NCBI GenBank assembly: GCA_965249275.1
Contig: CBDFLQ010000007.1
Coordinates: 832,001-896,000, forward strand
Source of the DNA: Dehalococcoidia bacterium
GTDB taxonomy: Bacteria > Chloroflexota > Dehalococcoidia > Plut-88900
DNA length: 64,000 nucleotides
Reading direction: 5' to 3'
This document shows, one piece after another, positions 1-9,863 of the stretch. The first letter of the stretch is position 1, and the number at the start of each line of letters is the position of its first letter. The notes under the pieces were generated by a model. It saw only the letters and a program-made list of their open reading frames with translations, made no database searches and was not told the DNA's origin. A program made the position numbers and the translations under genes.

Positions 1-2299
1 TGCTGTAGCCGTAGTTAGCGCTGGTTACGAACCCCGTGGGTCGGCCATTGATGAGGATGGGTTCGTTGCCCATCACGACCTTGGAGGGATCATCGATGGT
101 CATGCAGCAGAGCTTTTGGGAGAGTCCAGCTTCTCGGGCTTGGACCAGGGCGTCGCGTCCCAGGAAGGTGCCCTTTTTCATTCTGACGGCGAAGCCAATG
201 CCGGCTTCGTAGGGGTTGTACTCAGTGCTGATGTCGGAGCCCCAAAGACGGTAGCCTTTCTCGATACGAAGAGAGTCGAAGGCGGCGGCCCCCATTGCGG
301 TGACTCCGAGAGGCTGGCCAGCCTCCCAGAGGAGGTCCCATAGGCGCAGGCCAAATTCGGTCGAGCAGTAGACCTCCCAACCGAGCTCACCGGCGTAAGA
401 GATGCGGAAAGCGAGGCAGGGCACGTCTCCGAAAGTTACCTCCTGTCCAGTCAGGTAAGGGAAAGCCTCGTTGGAGAGGTCGTGGGATGTGACGAACTGG
501 GCCAGGTCTCGAGCCCTGGGGCCCCAGAGGCCGATGCAGCAGAGGGAGGAGGAGATGTCGGTGAGGGATACTGAGCCGTCGTCGGGGAGGTGGGACTGGA
601 TCCAAGCCAGATCATGGGGTGCGAAGGAGCCTCCGGTGACGATTAGGAACCGATCTTCAGCAAGGCGGGTGATAGTGAGGTCACACTTGATCTTGCCCTG
701 CTTGTTGAGTAGTGACGTGTAGGTGACGCGTCCGACGGGTCGGTCCATCTGGTTACTGGAGATCCAGTTGAGGGTATCGAGGGCTCCGGGGCCCTTGATC
801 TCGAACTTGGCGAAGCCGGTCTGATCGATCATGACGACGCGCTCGCGGGCGGCTCGATGCTCGGCATAGACTATCGGCGACCAATTTTGGGCCTCCCAGC
901 CCTCGCGGTGAGGTGCGGGATCAACGTCCAGGAGTTTTTCGTTGGCGGCGTACCACTGTGGACGCTCCCAACCTGCCACCTCGAAGAACTGAGCACCGAG
1001 TTCCTGCTGCCTTGGGTAGAAGGGGCTCAGGCGGATTCGACGGGGGTCCTCCATTTGCTGGAGGGGGTGGACGATATCGTAGACTTCCCGGTATTGCTGG
1101 GCTGAGCGGGTCTTGACGTAGGAGTCTGCGGACATGTGGGGGTGGAACCGGGTGAGGTCCGCTTCGTGGGGGTCGAATTCGGGTGAGCCGTAGACCATCC
1201 ACTCGGCAAGGGTCTTGCCTATGCCCCCGGCGTGGGCTACCCAGACTGCCTGGGCTAGCCAGAAACCCTTGACGTCGGGTGCCTCGCCCAGGAGGGGCAT
1301 GCCGTCAGTGGTGAAGGAGAACATGCCGTTGATGGGTTCGAAGATCGGGTTGTCGGCAAGGCCGGGCATGAGCTCGTCGATGGCGAGTAGGGAGTCGACG
1401 AAGAGCTCGAGATTGAAGGGCATAACGGCAGGCGTGACCCTGGCCATTTCGTAGGGGACGATGTCGTCGGCATTCACAAGGATTGGCTCATTCTGGTAGG
1501 TGCCGACCTCCATGTATTCGAAATACTCCCGTGCGTACATGGAAAAGTCCTGGTGCCGGACGCCGGGCCGGGTGATCTCCTTCGTGTGTCCGGCAAGCTC
1601 CGGTAGCGGCCCGATCTTCACAAGGGGGTGCTGCATGGGGTAGTAGGGGATTGGGACGCCGACCATACGCCCGAGTCTCGGACCCCATATGCCGCCACAG
1701 GCGACTACGTGCTCAGCCCTAATATTGCCTTTGTTGGTGACGACGGTGTCGACGCGGCCGTCCCGGGTCTCGATGTCTGTAACCTGGGTCTCGCTATAGA
1801 ATTTTGCTCCAAGAGCTTTGGCCGCGTTGGACATGGCCTCGTCGGCGCGTACGCCTTTGACCAGGCCATCGGTCGGGTTGTACATGGCCCCCAGGATGTT
1901 TTCGGAGAGGAGGGGGAATATGTCCCGAGCCTCCTTGGCAGAAATTACCTCAGCCTCGAGGCCCCAGGACTTGCCAAAGCCGACCTTGCGCTTGAGCTCC
2001 TGCAGGCGCTCGGGAGTCCAGGCGACCTCCAGCCCGCCGACCTCGTAGAAGGGGCACTGTCCATCGACCTCAAGGGATTTGAAAAGCTCTACGGAGTACT
2101 TGGCCGTCTCCGAGTAGAACTTGGAGGGGTTTATCTGGAAGATGAAGGCGGGGGCGTGGGAGGTGGAGCCTCCCGTGTCGGGGAGTGGGCCCTGATCAAG
2201 AACGACGATGTCCGTCCAGCCCAGCTTGGCTAGGTGGTACGCGACGCTGCAACCGGCAATGCCGGCCCCGATAATCACAACTCTAGCGTGGTCTATCAT
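1..2299 (-). CDS. GcvT-family FAD-dependent oxidoreductase (dimethylglycine/sarcosine dehydrogenase-oxidase-like), 3' end outside window
   Basis: Not in the ORF track because it runs off the window. Manual minus-strand translation from ATG 2299: MIDHARVVIIGAGIAGCSVAYHLAKLGWTDIVVLDQGPLPDTGGSTSHAP (GxGxxG FAD motif). Later NGMFSFTTDGMPLLG, WVAHAGG and a GcvT-like C-terminal region. Confidence 0.9.
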   Translation of the reverse strand, partial: MIDHARVVIIGAGIAGCSVAYHLAKLGWTDIVVLDQGPLPDTGGSTSHAPAFIFQINPSKFYSETAKYSVELFKSLEVDGQCPFYEVGGLEVAWTPERLQELKRKVGFGKSWGLEAEVISAKEARDIFPLLSENILGAMYNPTDGLVKGVRADEAMSNAAKALGAKFYSETQVTDIETRDGRVDTVVTNKGNIRAEHVVACGGIWGPRLGRMVGVPIPYYPMQHPLVKIGPLPELAGHTKEITRPGVRHQDFSMYAREYFEYMEVGTYQNEPILVNADDIVPYEMARVTPAVMPFNLELFVDSLLAIDELMPGLADNPIFEPINGMFSFTTDGMPLLGEAPDVKGFWLAQAVWVAHAGGIGKTLAEWMVYGSPEFDPHEADLTRFHPHMSADSYVKTRSAQQYREVYDIVHPLQQMEDPRRIRLSPFYPRQQELGAQFFEVAGWERPQWYAANEKLLDVDPAPHREGWEAQNWSPIVYAEHRAARERVVMIDQTGFAKFEIKGPGALDTLNWISSNQMDRPVGRVTYTSLLNKQGKIKCDLTITRLAEDRFLIVTGGSFAPHDLAWIQSHLPDDGSVSLTDISSSLCCIGLWGPRARDLAQFVTSHDLSNEAFPYLTGQEVTFGDVPCLAFRISYAGELGWEVYCSTEFGLRLWDLLWEAGQPLGVTAMGAAAFDSLRIEKGYRLWGSDISTEYNPYEAGIGFAVRMKKGTFLGRDALVQAREAGLSQKLCCMTIDDPSKVVMGNEPILINGRPTGFVTSANYGYS

Positions 2300-2494
2300 C
2301 GGCTCAGGCCCCTTTGTGTTACTGGTTTGTAGATTAAGCTGTGCAATTTTAACAAGGGTGGGGACGCGAGTCGACAAAATGGGAATGGGGGTGTGGTACA
2401 TTAGCGCGATGAGCAGTGTAATTGCGTTTGGCGCAGTACGAACGCGCTCCAGTTTTGCTGTTTATTGCCTCAACCGCACCATGCGTGGCAGCGC

Positions 2495-3760
2495 ATGGTA
2501 AGCGTAGCCGCGCCGACAGTGGCGCCGGAACGGGGGGAGGAAGGGTGGGGGGTGCTGGTCTACTTCACCGTGGGGCTCGCCTCGGTGCTGGTAGCGACAA
2601 CGTCGCTGGGGCTGTTCCTGCCGGACATCATCGACGACCTCGACTTATCGCCGGCAGAACAGGGGTGGCTTGGATCGTCCTTGCTTTTGGCGAACGTAGT
2701 TTTCTCGATACCAATGAACTGGTGGGTGTCGAGGTTCAGGCCCTGGAGGACGGCGGCGGTGGGGTTCTTGGCGGCATCAGGACTGATCGCCATGGCGGGA
2801 GGGGCGCCGGGGTTCGGAGCCCTGCTGCTGGCTCGGATAGGGCTGGGCATGGTCTTACAGGCGTGCCAATCTCCGCGGAACATCCTGATAATCCAGTGGA
2901 TTTCCAAGCGTCGGTTCGGGCTGGCAAACGGCTTCTCCATCTCTATAGTCGACATACTGATGGGGACCGGCACCGTATTGATCCCATTCATGCTCGGCTG
3001 GCTGGGCGGCTGGCGGCAGACGATGTTCGTGTGGTCCGGTGTAGTGCTTGCGGCAGCGTTTTTGTGGATAGCGCTCGGGAAGGACAAGGGTCGGCCTGAG
3101 CTCCAAGGGGGAGGGGAAGAGAACAATGGAACGCCGATACGGAGCATCCTCAAGTATCGGGAGGTGTGGTTAATCTGCCTGGGCATGTTCGGGATGCTAC
3201 TAGCCCGGCTGGCGTTCGGGAACTTCTGGCCCCGATTCGTGGGAGAGGAATATGGAATAGACGTAAGAACGGCGGGAGTACTCATGGGGATCGGGACTTT
3301 TGCCATGGCGCCTGCAGAATTGGGCGTGGTCGCGTTTCCCTTTTTCTCACGACACACTACTTTGGTGCTGACGGTGTGCGGGGTGGGACAGGCCCTCGCG
3401 TACATCGGCCTGATATCGACAGACTCGTTTACCCTATTAGTGTTGCTCTGGATATTCGGCGGGGTGATGTTCAGCTTCTTCCCGATATTGATGACACAGG
3501 TGTTCAACCTGCCCGGTATCACCCCGAGGGAGGTGGCTGTGGCATCGGCGACGGTGTTCACTGCCCTGTGGGGTGGCGGGGCGGTGGGACCAATACTGGT
3601 GGGATCCGTAGAACAGAGTACAGGGGACCTGGGACTGGGACTATTCATCAGTGCATTCGCGCCCCTGACGCTGGTAGCCACGGCCCTCCTGCTGGCAGGA
3701 TACAGACGGGAAAGGCCGGTAACCGGGAAAGCTGATAGGATGGGACGCCTAAGACGATAA
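2495..3760 (+). CDS. MFS transporter
   Basis: About 420 aa with roughly 12 hydrophobic segments and MFS-like motifs (LLLARIGLG; SKRRFGLANG). Start at ATG 2495 is a judgement call. Confidence 0.85.
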   Translation: MVSVAAPTVAPERGEEGWGVLVYFTVGLASVLVATTSLGLFLPDIIDDLDLSPAEQGWLGSSLLLANVVFSIPMNWWVSRFRPWRTAAVGFLAASGLIAMAGGAPGFGALLLARIGLGMVLQACQSPRNILIIQWISKRRFGLANGFSISIVDILMGTGTVLIPFMLGWLGGWRQTMFVWSGVVLAAAFLWIALGKDKGRPELQGGGEENNGTPIRSILKYREVWLICLGMFGMLLARLAFGNFWPRFVGEEYGIDVRTAGVLMGIGTFAMAPAELGVVAFPFFSRHTTLVLTVCGVGQALAYIGLISTDSFTLLVLLWIFGGVMFSFFPILMTQVFNLPGITPREVAVASATVFTALWGGGAVGPILVGSVEQSTGDLGLGLFISAFAPLTLVATALLLAGYRRERPVTGKADRMGRLRR

Positions 3761-3785
3761 AACTGGATGAAATGACACCACCGTT

Positions 3786-4646
3786 ATGTGTTTGAAGATG
3801 ATAAATGCAACTTTGAAAAGAAGCCTGGCCGGTATTGTCATCGGCTTGCTTATGGTCAGCATCGTAGCGATGGGATGTGGGGAGTCGGGTGGGGAGAAGC
3901 TGACTATAGGCGGGGACGTGCCGGAAATAGCTCAAGACGCGTCCCTGATCGACCTGGAGGCGATCCGTGGAGATTCGGAGCTGCTTAAGGAGGCGGGGGA
4001 GGTGTTGGGAGCGTTGAACCGGAGCCTGGGAAATACGGGGATTGGCAGTTCCGACTTGCGAAGTGCCGTGACATTCGTCGTAAACGACCGTCGGGTCATA
4101 CTGGTTGAGGGAGCATTCGATACAGAGGACGTAGCGAAGCGGTTGGAGGATACGGGGCACGGAGTGAGGAAGATACGGGACACGGAAGTCTGGAGCGGAG
4201 ACGCAGGGAACGTGGCGCTGATGGGGGCAGGACGTATGGCGGTGGGCTACGACTTCACGACCATGGAGACCGTACTGGTGCAATTGGAAGACGGACGTAC
4301 ACTGGACCAGGTGGGGGCAGCGAGGGAGGTGTTAGACAGGGTGCAGGGCACGACCTACATATCCCTGACAACACGATGTGAAGAAGTGGCCCCCGGATGC
4401 CGAGCCTTGGGCTTCTCGGCATCCGGGCAGGGCAGCCCAACCGGGACATTCGACCTGGTGTCGTGGTACGACACGGAAGCGGAAGCAGCGGCGGCGGAAT
4501 CAAGCCTTGCAGCCTTCTCGACCATCGAGATCCTATTCGACAGTGCCACCACCTTCACCGAAGGCCGGATGTTCACTGCCAGCGGCGAGGGTGAACTGGC
4601 CGAGATATTCCGCGGTGCAGACTCGGAGTTCAGGCTAAGGCCCTAG
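3786..4646 (+). CDS. Putative lipoprotein, unknown function
   Basis: Basic N-terminus, hydrophobic stretch, lipobox-like VAMG-C, then an acidic soluble domain. The start could be ATG 3798. Confidence 0.65.
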   Translation: MCLKMINATLKRSLAGIVIGLLMVSIVAMGCGESGGEKLTIGGDVPEIAQDASLIDLEAIRGDSELLKEAGEVLGALNRSLGNTGIGSSDLRSAVTFVVNDRRVILVEGAFDTEDVAKRLEDTGHGVRKIRDTEVWSGDAGNVALMGAGRMAVGYDFTTMETVLVQLEDGRTLDQVGAAREVLDRVQGTTYISLTTRCEEVAPGCRALGFSASGQGSPTGTFDLVSWYDTEAEAAAAESSLAAFSTIEILFDSATTFTEGRMFTASGEGELAEIFRGADSEFRLRP

Positions 4647-4655
4647 GAGCGAGTC

Positions 4656-5030
4656 CTAGGCAAGCTCGACGGTGGCGCCAGCGCCCTCGAGAGTCTTTTT
4701 CACGGTCTCGGCCTCTTCCTTGGCGACGGCCTCACGAACGGCCTTCGGGGCGCTTTCGACCAGCTCTTTGGCCTCGCGCAGGCCGAGGGTGGTGACCTCT
4801 CTGACGGCCTTGATCACGTTGATCTTGTTGGGGCCGATCTCCTTGAGGACCACGTCAAACTCGGTCTTCTCTTCGACCGGAGCGGCCTCGGCTGCTGCGG
4901 GCGCGGCGGCAACGGCAACTGGGGCCGCGGCACTGACACCGAACTCTGCCTCGATGGCCTTAACGAGCTCGGAAAGCTCTAAAACGGTCATGGCCTTGAT
5001 TGATTCGAGGAGTTCTTCCTTGGTTGCCAT
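4656..5030 (-). CDS. rplL: 50S ribosomal protein L7/L12
   Basis: [11 protein letters not shown]...[10 protein letters not shown]...[10 protein letters not shown]...[10 protein letters not shown]. Confidence 0.98.
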   Translation of the reverse strand: MATKEELLESIKAMTVLELSELVKAIEAEFGVSAAAPVAVAAAPAAAEAAPVEEKTEFDVVLKEIGPNKINVIKAVREVTTLGLREAKELVESAPKAVREAVAKEEAETVKKTLEGAGATVELA

Positions 5031-5051
5031 ATCTAATCTCCTTATGACGAT

Positions 5052-5585
5052 CTAGCTTGAGGTTTCTTCTTGCAATTGGTCAACACGGGCACTGAGGGCC
5101 GTGACGAGGCCCCCTATCTGGGCGCTAAGTACGTACTGAAGGGCAGAAAGGGGAGCGAGCAGTGCGCCTGCGGTCTTGGCTATCAATTCCTGCCTGGGCG
5201 GGAGGGTAGCGAGGATACCGACCTCGTTCGAGGCGAGGGAACGGGCTCCCATGACCGCTCCCTTGACGGCCAGAATACTGCGCTCCTGCCGGATGTGGTC
5301 TATCAGTACCTTGGCGGGCTCTGTAGCCTCGCCGTATCCGAATGCGATGGCAGTGGGCCCTTCGAGAAACTGTACCAATGGTTGGGCGCCGGTCTGCTCG
5401 GCGGCCCGGCGGGCGAGGGTGTTTTTGATAACCCGGTACTCCACGCCAAACTCCCGGAGCTTACGACGCAGGGCCATCATCTCCGGCATAGCCAAGCCCC
5501 GGTAATCGGTGGCGATGGCTATGGTGCACCGACCCAGCAGATCGGCTATCTCCCGGACTTGCTGTTCTTTCTTTTCTGTGGCCAT
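5052..5585 (-). CDS. rplJ: 50S ribosomal protein L10
   Basis: DYRGL, VIKNTLARRA and LEGPTAIAF motifs; lies upstream of rplL. Confidence 0.97.
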   Translation of the reverse strand: MATEKKEQQVREIADLLGRCTIAIATDYRGLAMPEMMALRRKLREFGVEYRVIKNTLARRAAEQTGAQPLVQFLEGPTAIAFGYGEATEPAKVLIDHIRQERSILAVKGAVMGARSLASNEVGILATLPPRQELIAKTAGALLAPLSALQYVLSAQIGGLVTALSARVDQLQEETSS

Positions 5586-5612
5586 TAATTTACCGCCTTC
5601 AGTTTATCTTCT

Positions 5613-5756
5613 CTAAAAATACAAAACCCCCGGGGCGCAGCCCAAGGGATTTTTCAAGCCCGATCCAGTGGAGCGAAAGATCAGGTATTTGGCGAATCAC
5701 CTGGGCAGGCTGAACAATTAAGGCTCCGGGGAGCCGCCCGCCGTCTGCGGCGAACT
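5613..5756 (-). promoter_or_regulatory. L10 leader (r-protein autoregulatory RNA) with a terminator-like hairpin
   Basis: The minus strand reads CCGCAGACGGCGGG...TTAA...CCTGCCCAGG, matching the L10_leader pattern, followed by hairpin CCCTTGGGC..GCCCCGGGGG and a U-rich tract, between rplA and rplJ. Confidence 0.8.
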
Positions 5757-5798
5757 ATTTAGTTGCGTTAAGTAACTAGGTTTGCCTCTTTAGCGGGA

Positions 5799-6515
5799 CT
5801 ATTCACTCGCGCTGAGGGTCATGGCAGACTGGACGTCCATGTTGATGCCCGGTCCGTGGGTTGTGGATACGGATATGTTCTTGATGTATTGACCCTTGGC
5901 TCCGGAGGGTTTGGCCCTTACCACCGAGTCCATAAAGGAGGACAGGTTTTCGAGGAGGTCGTCCTTTTCGAAGCTAGCTTTACCGAGGGGAGCGTGGATG
6001 ACGGCGGTGCGGTCAAGCCTATATTCGATCTTTCCCTTGCGGGAGTCGGAGATGGCCTTAGGCAGATCGGGCTGCTGGACAACGGTGCCGGAGCGGGGGT
6101 TGGGCATGAGGCCTCGGCGTCCAAGGATTCGGCCAAGCTTACCGATTTTGCTCATCATCTCAGGGGTGGCAATAGCGGTGTCGAATTCGACCCAGCCACC
6201 TTCAATACGCTGAATAATATCGTCGGCGCCCACGAAGTCAGCGCCGCTTTGCTCAGCTAAAGTGGCGCCTTCACCTTGGGCAAATACCAAGACTCGGACC
6301 TGCTTGCCTGTGCCGTTTGGGAGCATGGCAAGGCCACGCACCTGCTGGTCGGCATGGCGGGGGTCGAGGCCCATTCGCATGTGAATTTCAACCGTCTCGT
6401 CGTACTTAGCCTTGGCGGTCTGCTTGGCCAGATCGACGGCCTCATCGGGGGTGTAGGCCTTGGTCTTGTCGACCAACGCCGCAGCCTCTTCGTATCTCTT
6501 GCCTCTCTTAGCCAT
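5799..6515 (-). CDS. rplA: 50S ribosomal protein L1
   Basis: DPRHADQQVRG, LPNGTGK, LGRRGLMPNP. Confidence 0.98.
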   Translation of the reverse strand: MAKRGKRYEEAAALVDKTKAYTPDEAVDLAKQTAKAKYDETVEIHMRMGLDPRHADQQVRGLAMLPNGTGKQVRVLVFAQGEGATLAEQSGADFVGADDIIQRIEGGWVEFDTAIATPEMMSKIGKLGRILGRRGLMPNPRSGTVVQQPDLPKAISDSRKGKIEYRLDRTAVIHAPLGKASFEKDDLLENLSSFMDSVVRAKPSGAKGQYIKNISVSTTHGPGINMDVQSAMTLSASE

Positions 6516-6551
6516 TAGGGTGTTCTCTCTTATCTGGAGGGTTGTCCGGGA

Positions 6552-6974
6552 CTAGACAACCTCGATTCCCATGTTACGGGCGGTGCCTTCAATTATACGC
6601 ATAGCGCCTTCCAGGTCATTGGCGTTGAGGTCCTTGAGCTTGGTCTCGGCGATCTCCCGGATTTTGTCTCGGGGGATACTGCCGATTATCTCCTGGCCTG
6701 ACAGGCTGCTGCCCTTCTCGACGCCCGCTGCGCTCTTGATGAGAACCGCGGCGGGTGGAGTCTTGGTGACAAAGGAGAAGGATGCGTCCTGAAAGACGGT
6801 AAGCTCTACAGGGACGATGGTACCGGCCTGGGCGGAGGTGCGAGCGTTGTACTCCTTGCAGAAGCCCATGATGTTGACCCCGTGCTGACCGAGGGCCGGT
6901 CCGATGGGGGGCGCCGGGGTTGCTTTGCCCGCCTCGATTTGGAGCTTGAGTACGGCCTTAATTCTCTTTGGCAT
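6552..6974 (-). CDS. rplK: 50S ribosomal protein L11
   Basis: [28 protein letters not shown]. Confidence 0.98.
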   Translation of the reverse strand: MPKRIKAVLKLQIEAGKATPAPPIGPALGQHGVNIMGFCKEYNARTSAQAGTIVPVELTVFQDASFSFVTKTPPAAVLIKSAAGVEKGSSLSGQEIIGSIPRDKIREIAETKLKDLNANDLEGAMRIIEGTARNMGIEVV

Positions 6975-7001
6975 TTTCTTTAGTCCGGCCCGTTGGGCGG
7001 G

Positions 7002-7559
7002 TTACAGCTTCTCTACTTGCAAATAGTCCAATTCGACGCCCGTGTCTCGTCCGAAGAATGAAACGAGGACCCGTATCTTCCCCTTATCGGGGTAGAGGTC
7101 ATCGACGGTGCCGATGAAATCAGAGAACGGCCCATCTATTATGCGAATTTTCTCGCCTTTGTCCAGGCCGACTTTAACGCGAGGGGCTTCGGCTTCCATC
7201 TGTACGACAATGGCGTTGACCTCGTCGTCTTCGAGAGGGACGGGGCGAGGCGGGTCGCCTGAGGTTACGAAACCGGTTACGCCGGGAGTATTCCTGACCA
7301 CATACCAGCTGTTATCGGTGAGGGCCATGTTAACCAGGATGTAGCCGGGGAAAACTTTCTTGGAGACCGTTCGGCGCTGGCCCTCTCGGATGTCGAGCTC
7401 TTCCTCGGTGGGCACCAGCACCTCAAAGATTTCGGCGGAGGCGTCCATGGACTCAATTCGGTGCTCAAGGTTGTTCTTGACGCGGTCCTCGTAGCCGGCG
7501 TAGGTGTGGACTACGTACCAGCGGTGGTCGAGCTTTGTTGTCTTGGATTGTGAAGTCAT
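7002..7559 (-). CDS. nusG: Transcription termination/antitermination factor NusG
   Basis: WYVVHTYAGYE, FPGYILV, VRNTPGVTGF, KOW motif IIDGPF. Confidence 0.98.
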   Translation of the reverse strand: MTSQSKTTKLDHRWYVVHTYAGYEDRVKNNLEHRIESMDASAEIFEVLVPTEEELDIREGQRRTVSKKVFPGYILVNMALTDNSWYVVRNTPGVTGFVTSGDPPRPVPLEDDEVNAIVVQMEAEAPRVKVGLDKGEKIRIIDGPFSDFIGTVDDLYPDKGKIRVLVSFFGRDTGVELDYLQVEKL

Positions 7560-7620
7560 GTCTGTCTACTCTGCCCTCACCATTCGGCTAATCGGCAGGT
7601 GTGTCTTGATCAATGTTGCT

Positions 7621-7854
7621 CTAGAACAGGAGGAGGTCCATGAGCATGGAGAAACCTTCGTCGACGATTCCCAGGAAAGCGCCCATGGCAACGGAGACGA
7701 TCACGACCATGGTTGTTAGGCGCTTGGTCTCTTCCTTGGAAGGCCAGTTGACCTTGCGCAGCTCGGCTATGGCCTCGGCTATAAAGCGGAAACGGCCTAG
7801 GAAAGGCCCGGAAGCCGACATCCTAGCCCGGGCCGGAAGGGTGAAGCGTCTCAT
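7621..7854 (-). CDS. secE: Preprotein translocase subunit SecE
   Basis: ELRKVNWPS motif plus one transmembrane helix; directly upstream of nusG. Confidence 0.95.
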   Translation of the reverse strand: MRRFTLPARARMSASGPFLGRFRFIAEAIAELRKVNWPSKEETKRLTTMVVIVSVAMGAFLGIVDEGFSMLMDLLLF

Positions 7855-7889
7855 TCAGTTTCCCTGTGCGCGGTTCGTCTCACGTAGCT

Positions 7890-8057
7890 TTATCTAGTCT
7901 CCCGATGGAGCTTGTGGCCCCGGCAGCGGGGGCAGAACTTGGACAACTCCATACGTCCCGAGTCGTTCCTCCGGTTCTTGCTGGTGGTGTAGGTCCTCTC
8001 CCGGCAGTCGGTACAGGCCAGGTTAACTATTATTCGTACGTCTTTTCCTCTAGCCAT
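7890..8057 (-). CDS. rpmG: 50S ribosomal protein L33 (Zn-ribbon, C+ type)
   Basis: Below the ORF-track cutoff. Manual translation: MARGKDVRIIVNLACTDCRERTYTTSKNRRNDSGRMELSKFCPRCRGHKLHRETR*. Confidence 0.95.
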   Translation of the reverse strand: MARGKDVRIIVNLACTDCRERTYTTSKNRRNDSGRMELSKFCPRCRGHKLHRETR

Positions 8058-8095
8058 CGCTCAATTTCCCTTTGCTCCCAGTGGGGCCGGGTAAG

Positions 8096-9295
8096 CTAGT
8101 TGCTCACCTTGGTGAACACACCGGCGCCGACAGTCCTGCCGCCTTCCCGGATGGCGAAGCGGAGCTCCTGCTCAATGGCAACGGGTGTTAAGAGCTTGAT
8201 GCCCATGGTGATGTTGTCGCCGGGCATGACCATCTCGGTGCCTTCGGGTAGAGCGATCTCGCCGGTGACGTCGGTGGTACGGATGTAGAACTGGGGCTTG
8301 TAACCGGGGAAGAAGGGGGTGTGTCGTCCACCCTCCTCCTTGGTAAGGACGTAGACCTCGGCGTCGGAGGCCATGTGCGGGTTGATGGAGCCGGGTTTGG
8401 CAAGGACTTGCCCTCGCTCAATTTCGTCCCGCTCGACGCCCCTGATGAGGCAACCTACGGCATCGCCGGGCTCGGCGTAGTCGAGGGTCTTGTGGAACAT
8501 CTCGACGCCGGTGACGGTCGTCCTCCTAGTCTCACCAAATCCGACGATCTCGACCTGGTCTCCAGTCTTGACGGTGCCACGCTCGACGCGGCCGGTTACC
8601 ACTGTTCCGCGGCCCTTGATGCTGAATACGTCTTCAATAGGCATGAGGAAGGGCAGGTCGGAAGGCCTTTCGGGGAGGGGAATGTAGCTGTCGACGGATT
8701 TCATCAGTTCCAGGATGGGCTGGTATTCGGGGGCGTTGGGGTCGGTGGAATCGGACTCGAGGGCCTCTAGGCCACTGCCCCGGATGATTGGGATTTCCTC
8801 GCCGGGGAAGTCGTACTTGGACAGGAGCTCACGGAGCTCAAGCTCTACGAGTTCGAGCAGCTCTGGGTCGTCCATCTGGTCCGTCTTGTTGAGGAAGACG
8901 ACGATGTATGGTACGAGAACCTGCCGGGCAAGGAGGATGTGCTCCCGTGTCTGGGGCATGGGGCCGTCGGGTGCGGAGACGACGAGGATAGCACCGTCCA
9001 TCTGGGCTGCACCGGTGATCATGTTCTTGATGTAGTCGGCGTGGCCGGGGCAGTCGACGTGAGCATAGTGACGCTCAGTAGTCTCATACTCTACGTGGGT
9101 GATGGCGATGGTGAGGCCTCGGGCCTTCTCCTCAGGGGCGTTGTCGATGGAATCGTAAGGACGGAAGGCGGCGCCACCCTGCATGCCAAGCACCTTGGTG
9201 ATGGCAGCGGTAAGAGTGGTCTTGCCGTGATCGACGTGACCGATAGTGCCCACGTTGACGTGGGGCTTAGTTCTTAGGAAACGTTGTTTAGCCAT
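8096..9295 (-). CDS. tuf: Elongation factor Tu
   Basis: [21 protein letters not shown]. Start set at ATG 9295 with a GGAG SD; the longer ORF runs into the tRNA. Confidence 0.99.
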   Translation of the reverse strand: MAKQRFLRTKPHVNVGTIGHVDHGKTTLTAAITKVLGMQGGAAFRPYDSIDNAPEEKARGLTIAITHVEYETTERHYAHVDCPGHADYIKNMITGAAQMDGAILVVSAPDGPMPQTREHILLARQVLVPYIVVFLNKTDQMDDPELLELVELELRELLSKYDFPGEEIPIIRGSGLEALESDSTDPNAPEYQPILELMKSVDSYIPLPERPSDLPFLMPIEDVFSIKGRGTVVTGRVERGTVKTGDQVEIVGFGETRRTTVTGVEMFHKTLDYAEPGDAVGCLIRGVERDEIERGQVLAKPGSINPHMASDAEVYVLTKEEGGRHTPFFPGYKPQFYIRTTDVTGEIALPEGTEMVMPGDNITMGIKLLTPVAIEQELRFAIREGGRTVGAGVFTKVSN

Positions 9296-9313
9296 TTTAT
9301 GACTCTCCTGTAG

Positions 9314-9388
9314 TGGAGCCCACAACCGGATTTGAACCGGTGACCCCGTTCTTACCAAGAACGTGCTCTACCACTGAGCTATGTGGGC
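9314..9388 (-). tRNA. tRNA-Thr(GGT)
   Basis: GCCCACATAGCTCAGTGGTAGAGCACGTTCTTGGTAAGAACGGGGTCACCGGTTCAAATCCGGTTGTGGGCTCCA folds as a cloverleaf; CCA is encoded. Confidence 0.97.
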
Positions 9389-9429
9389 CTACTGAATGCT
9401 CCTTTTCACACTATTATAGATTCTTTTGA

Positions 9430-9515
9430 TGGTGGAGGGGGCAGGATTCGAACCTGCGTAGCCTTTCGGCAGCGATTTTACAGACCGCCGGTTTTAACCG
9501 CTCACCCACCCCTCC
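9430..9515 (-). tRNA. tRNA-Tyr(GTA)
   Basis: GGAGGGGTGGGTGAGCGGTTAAAACCGGCGGTCTGTAAAATCGCTGCCGAAAGGCTACGCAGGTTCGAATCCTGCCCCCTCCACCA, with a long variable arm. Confidence 0.96.
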
Positions 9516-9580
9516 GCAATGACGTGCTCCTGTTTATGGCACCTGATGGATTTGTTTGTTGGAGGTTTTTTGACGCGGGT

Positions 9581-9656
9581 TGGAGCCCGAGAGGGGAGTC
9601 GAACCCGCTAACCTGCCGATTACAAATCGGCTGCGCTGCCATTGCGCCACTCGGGC
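9581..9656 (-). tRNA. tRNA-Thr(TGT)
   Basis: GCCCGAGTGGCGCAATGGCAGCGCAGCCGATTTGTAATCGGCAGGTTAGCGGGTTCGACTCCCCTCTCGGGCTCCA. Confidence 0.96.
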
Positions 9657-9807
9657 AGAAGGATGCGGGCTGTTTCCTCCATGATGATTTTACCGGGGCG
9701 TCAGCGCGAACACACGACGCCCGATATACAATGTCCTAGACTCTAAAGTACCTCCTACGAAGGGCCCGCAGAAGGTACAACAAAGAACTCCCTTAAATCT
9801 AGGAAGC

Positions 9808-9837
9808 AGTATAGGAAATTGGCGCGTAGAAAGTCAA
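9808..9837 (-). promoter_or_regulatory. Sigma70-type promoter of the tRNA-tuf operon
   Basis: TTGACT-18 bp-TATACT on the minus strand. Confidence 0.65.
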
Positions 9838-9863
9838 GGCTCAGTTGGAATTTGTTCCGGGGG

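Noticed and set aside
116-2233. Many short ORFs listed at the window start
   Set aside because: All are explained by the single minus-strand GcvT-family gene that runs off the window.
2560-3681. 373-aa antisense ORF over the MFS gene, and similar long antisense or alternate-frame ORFs (e.g. 41358-42413, 47392-48444, 48456-49454)
   Set aside because: These are shadows of real GC-rich genes on the opposite strand, with no recognisable motifs.
9296-9739. N-terminal extension of tuf and the 118-aa ORF at 9383-9739
   Set aside because: Both overlap clear tRNA genes.
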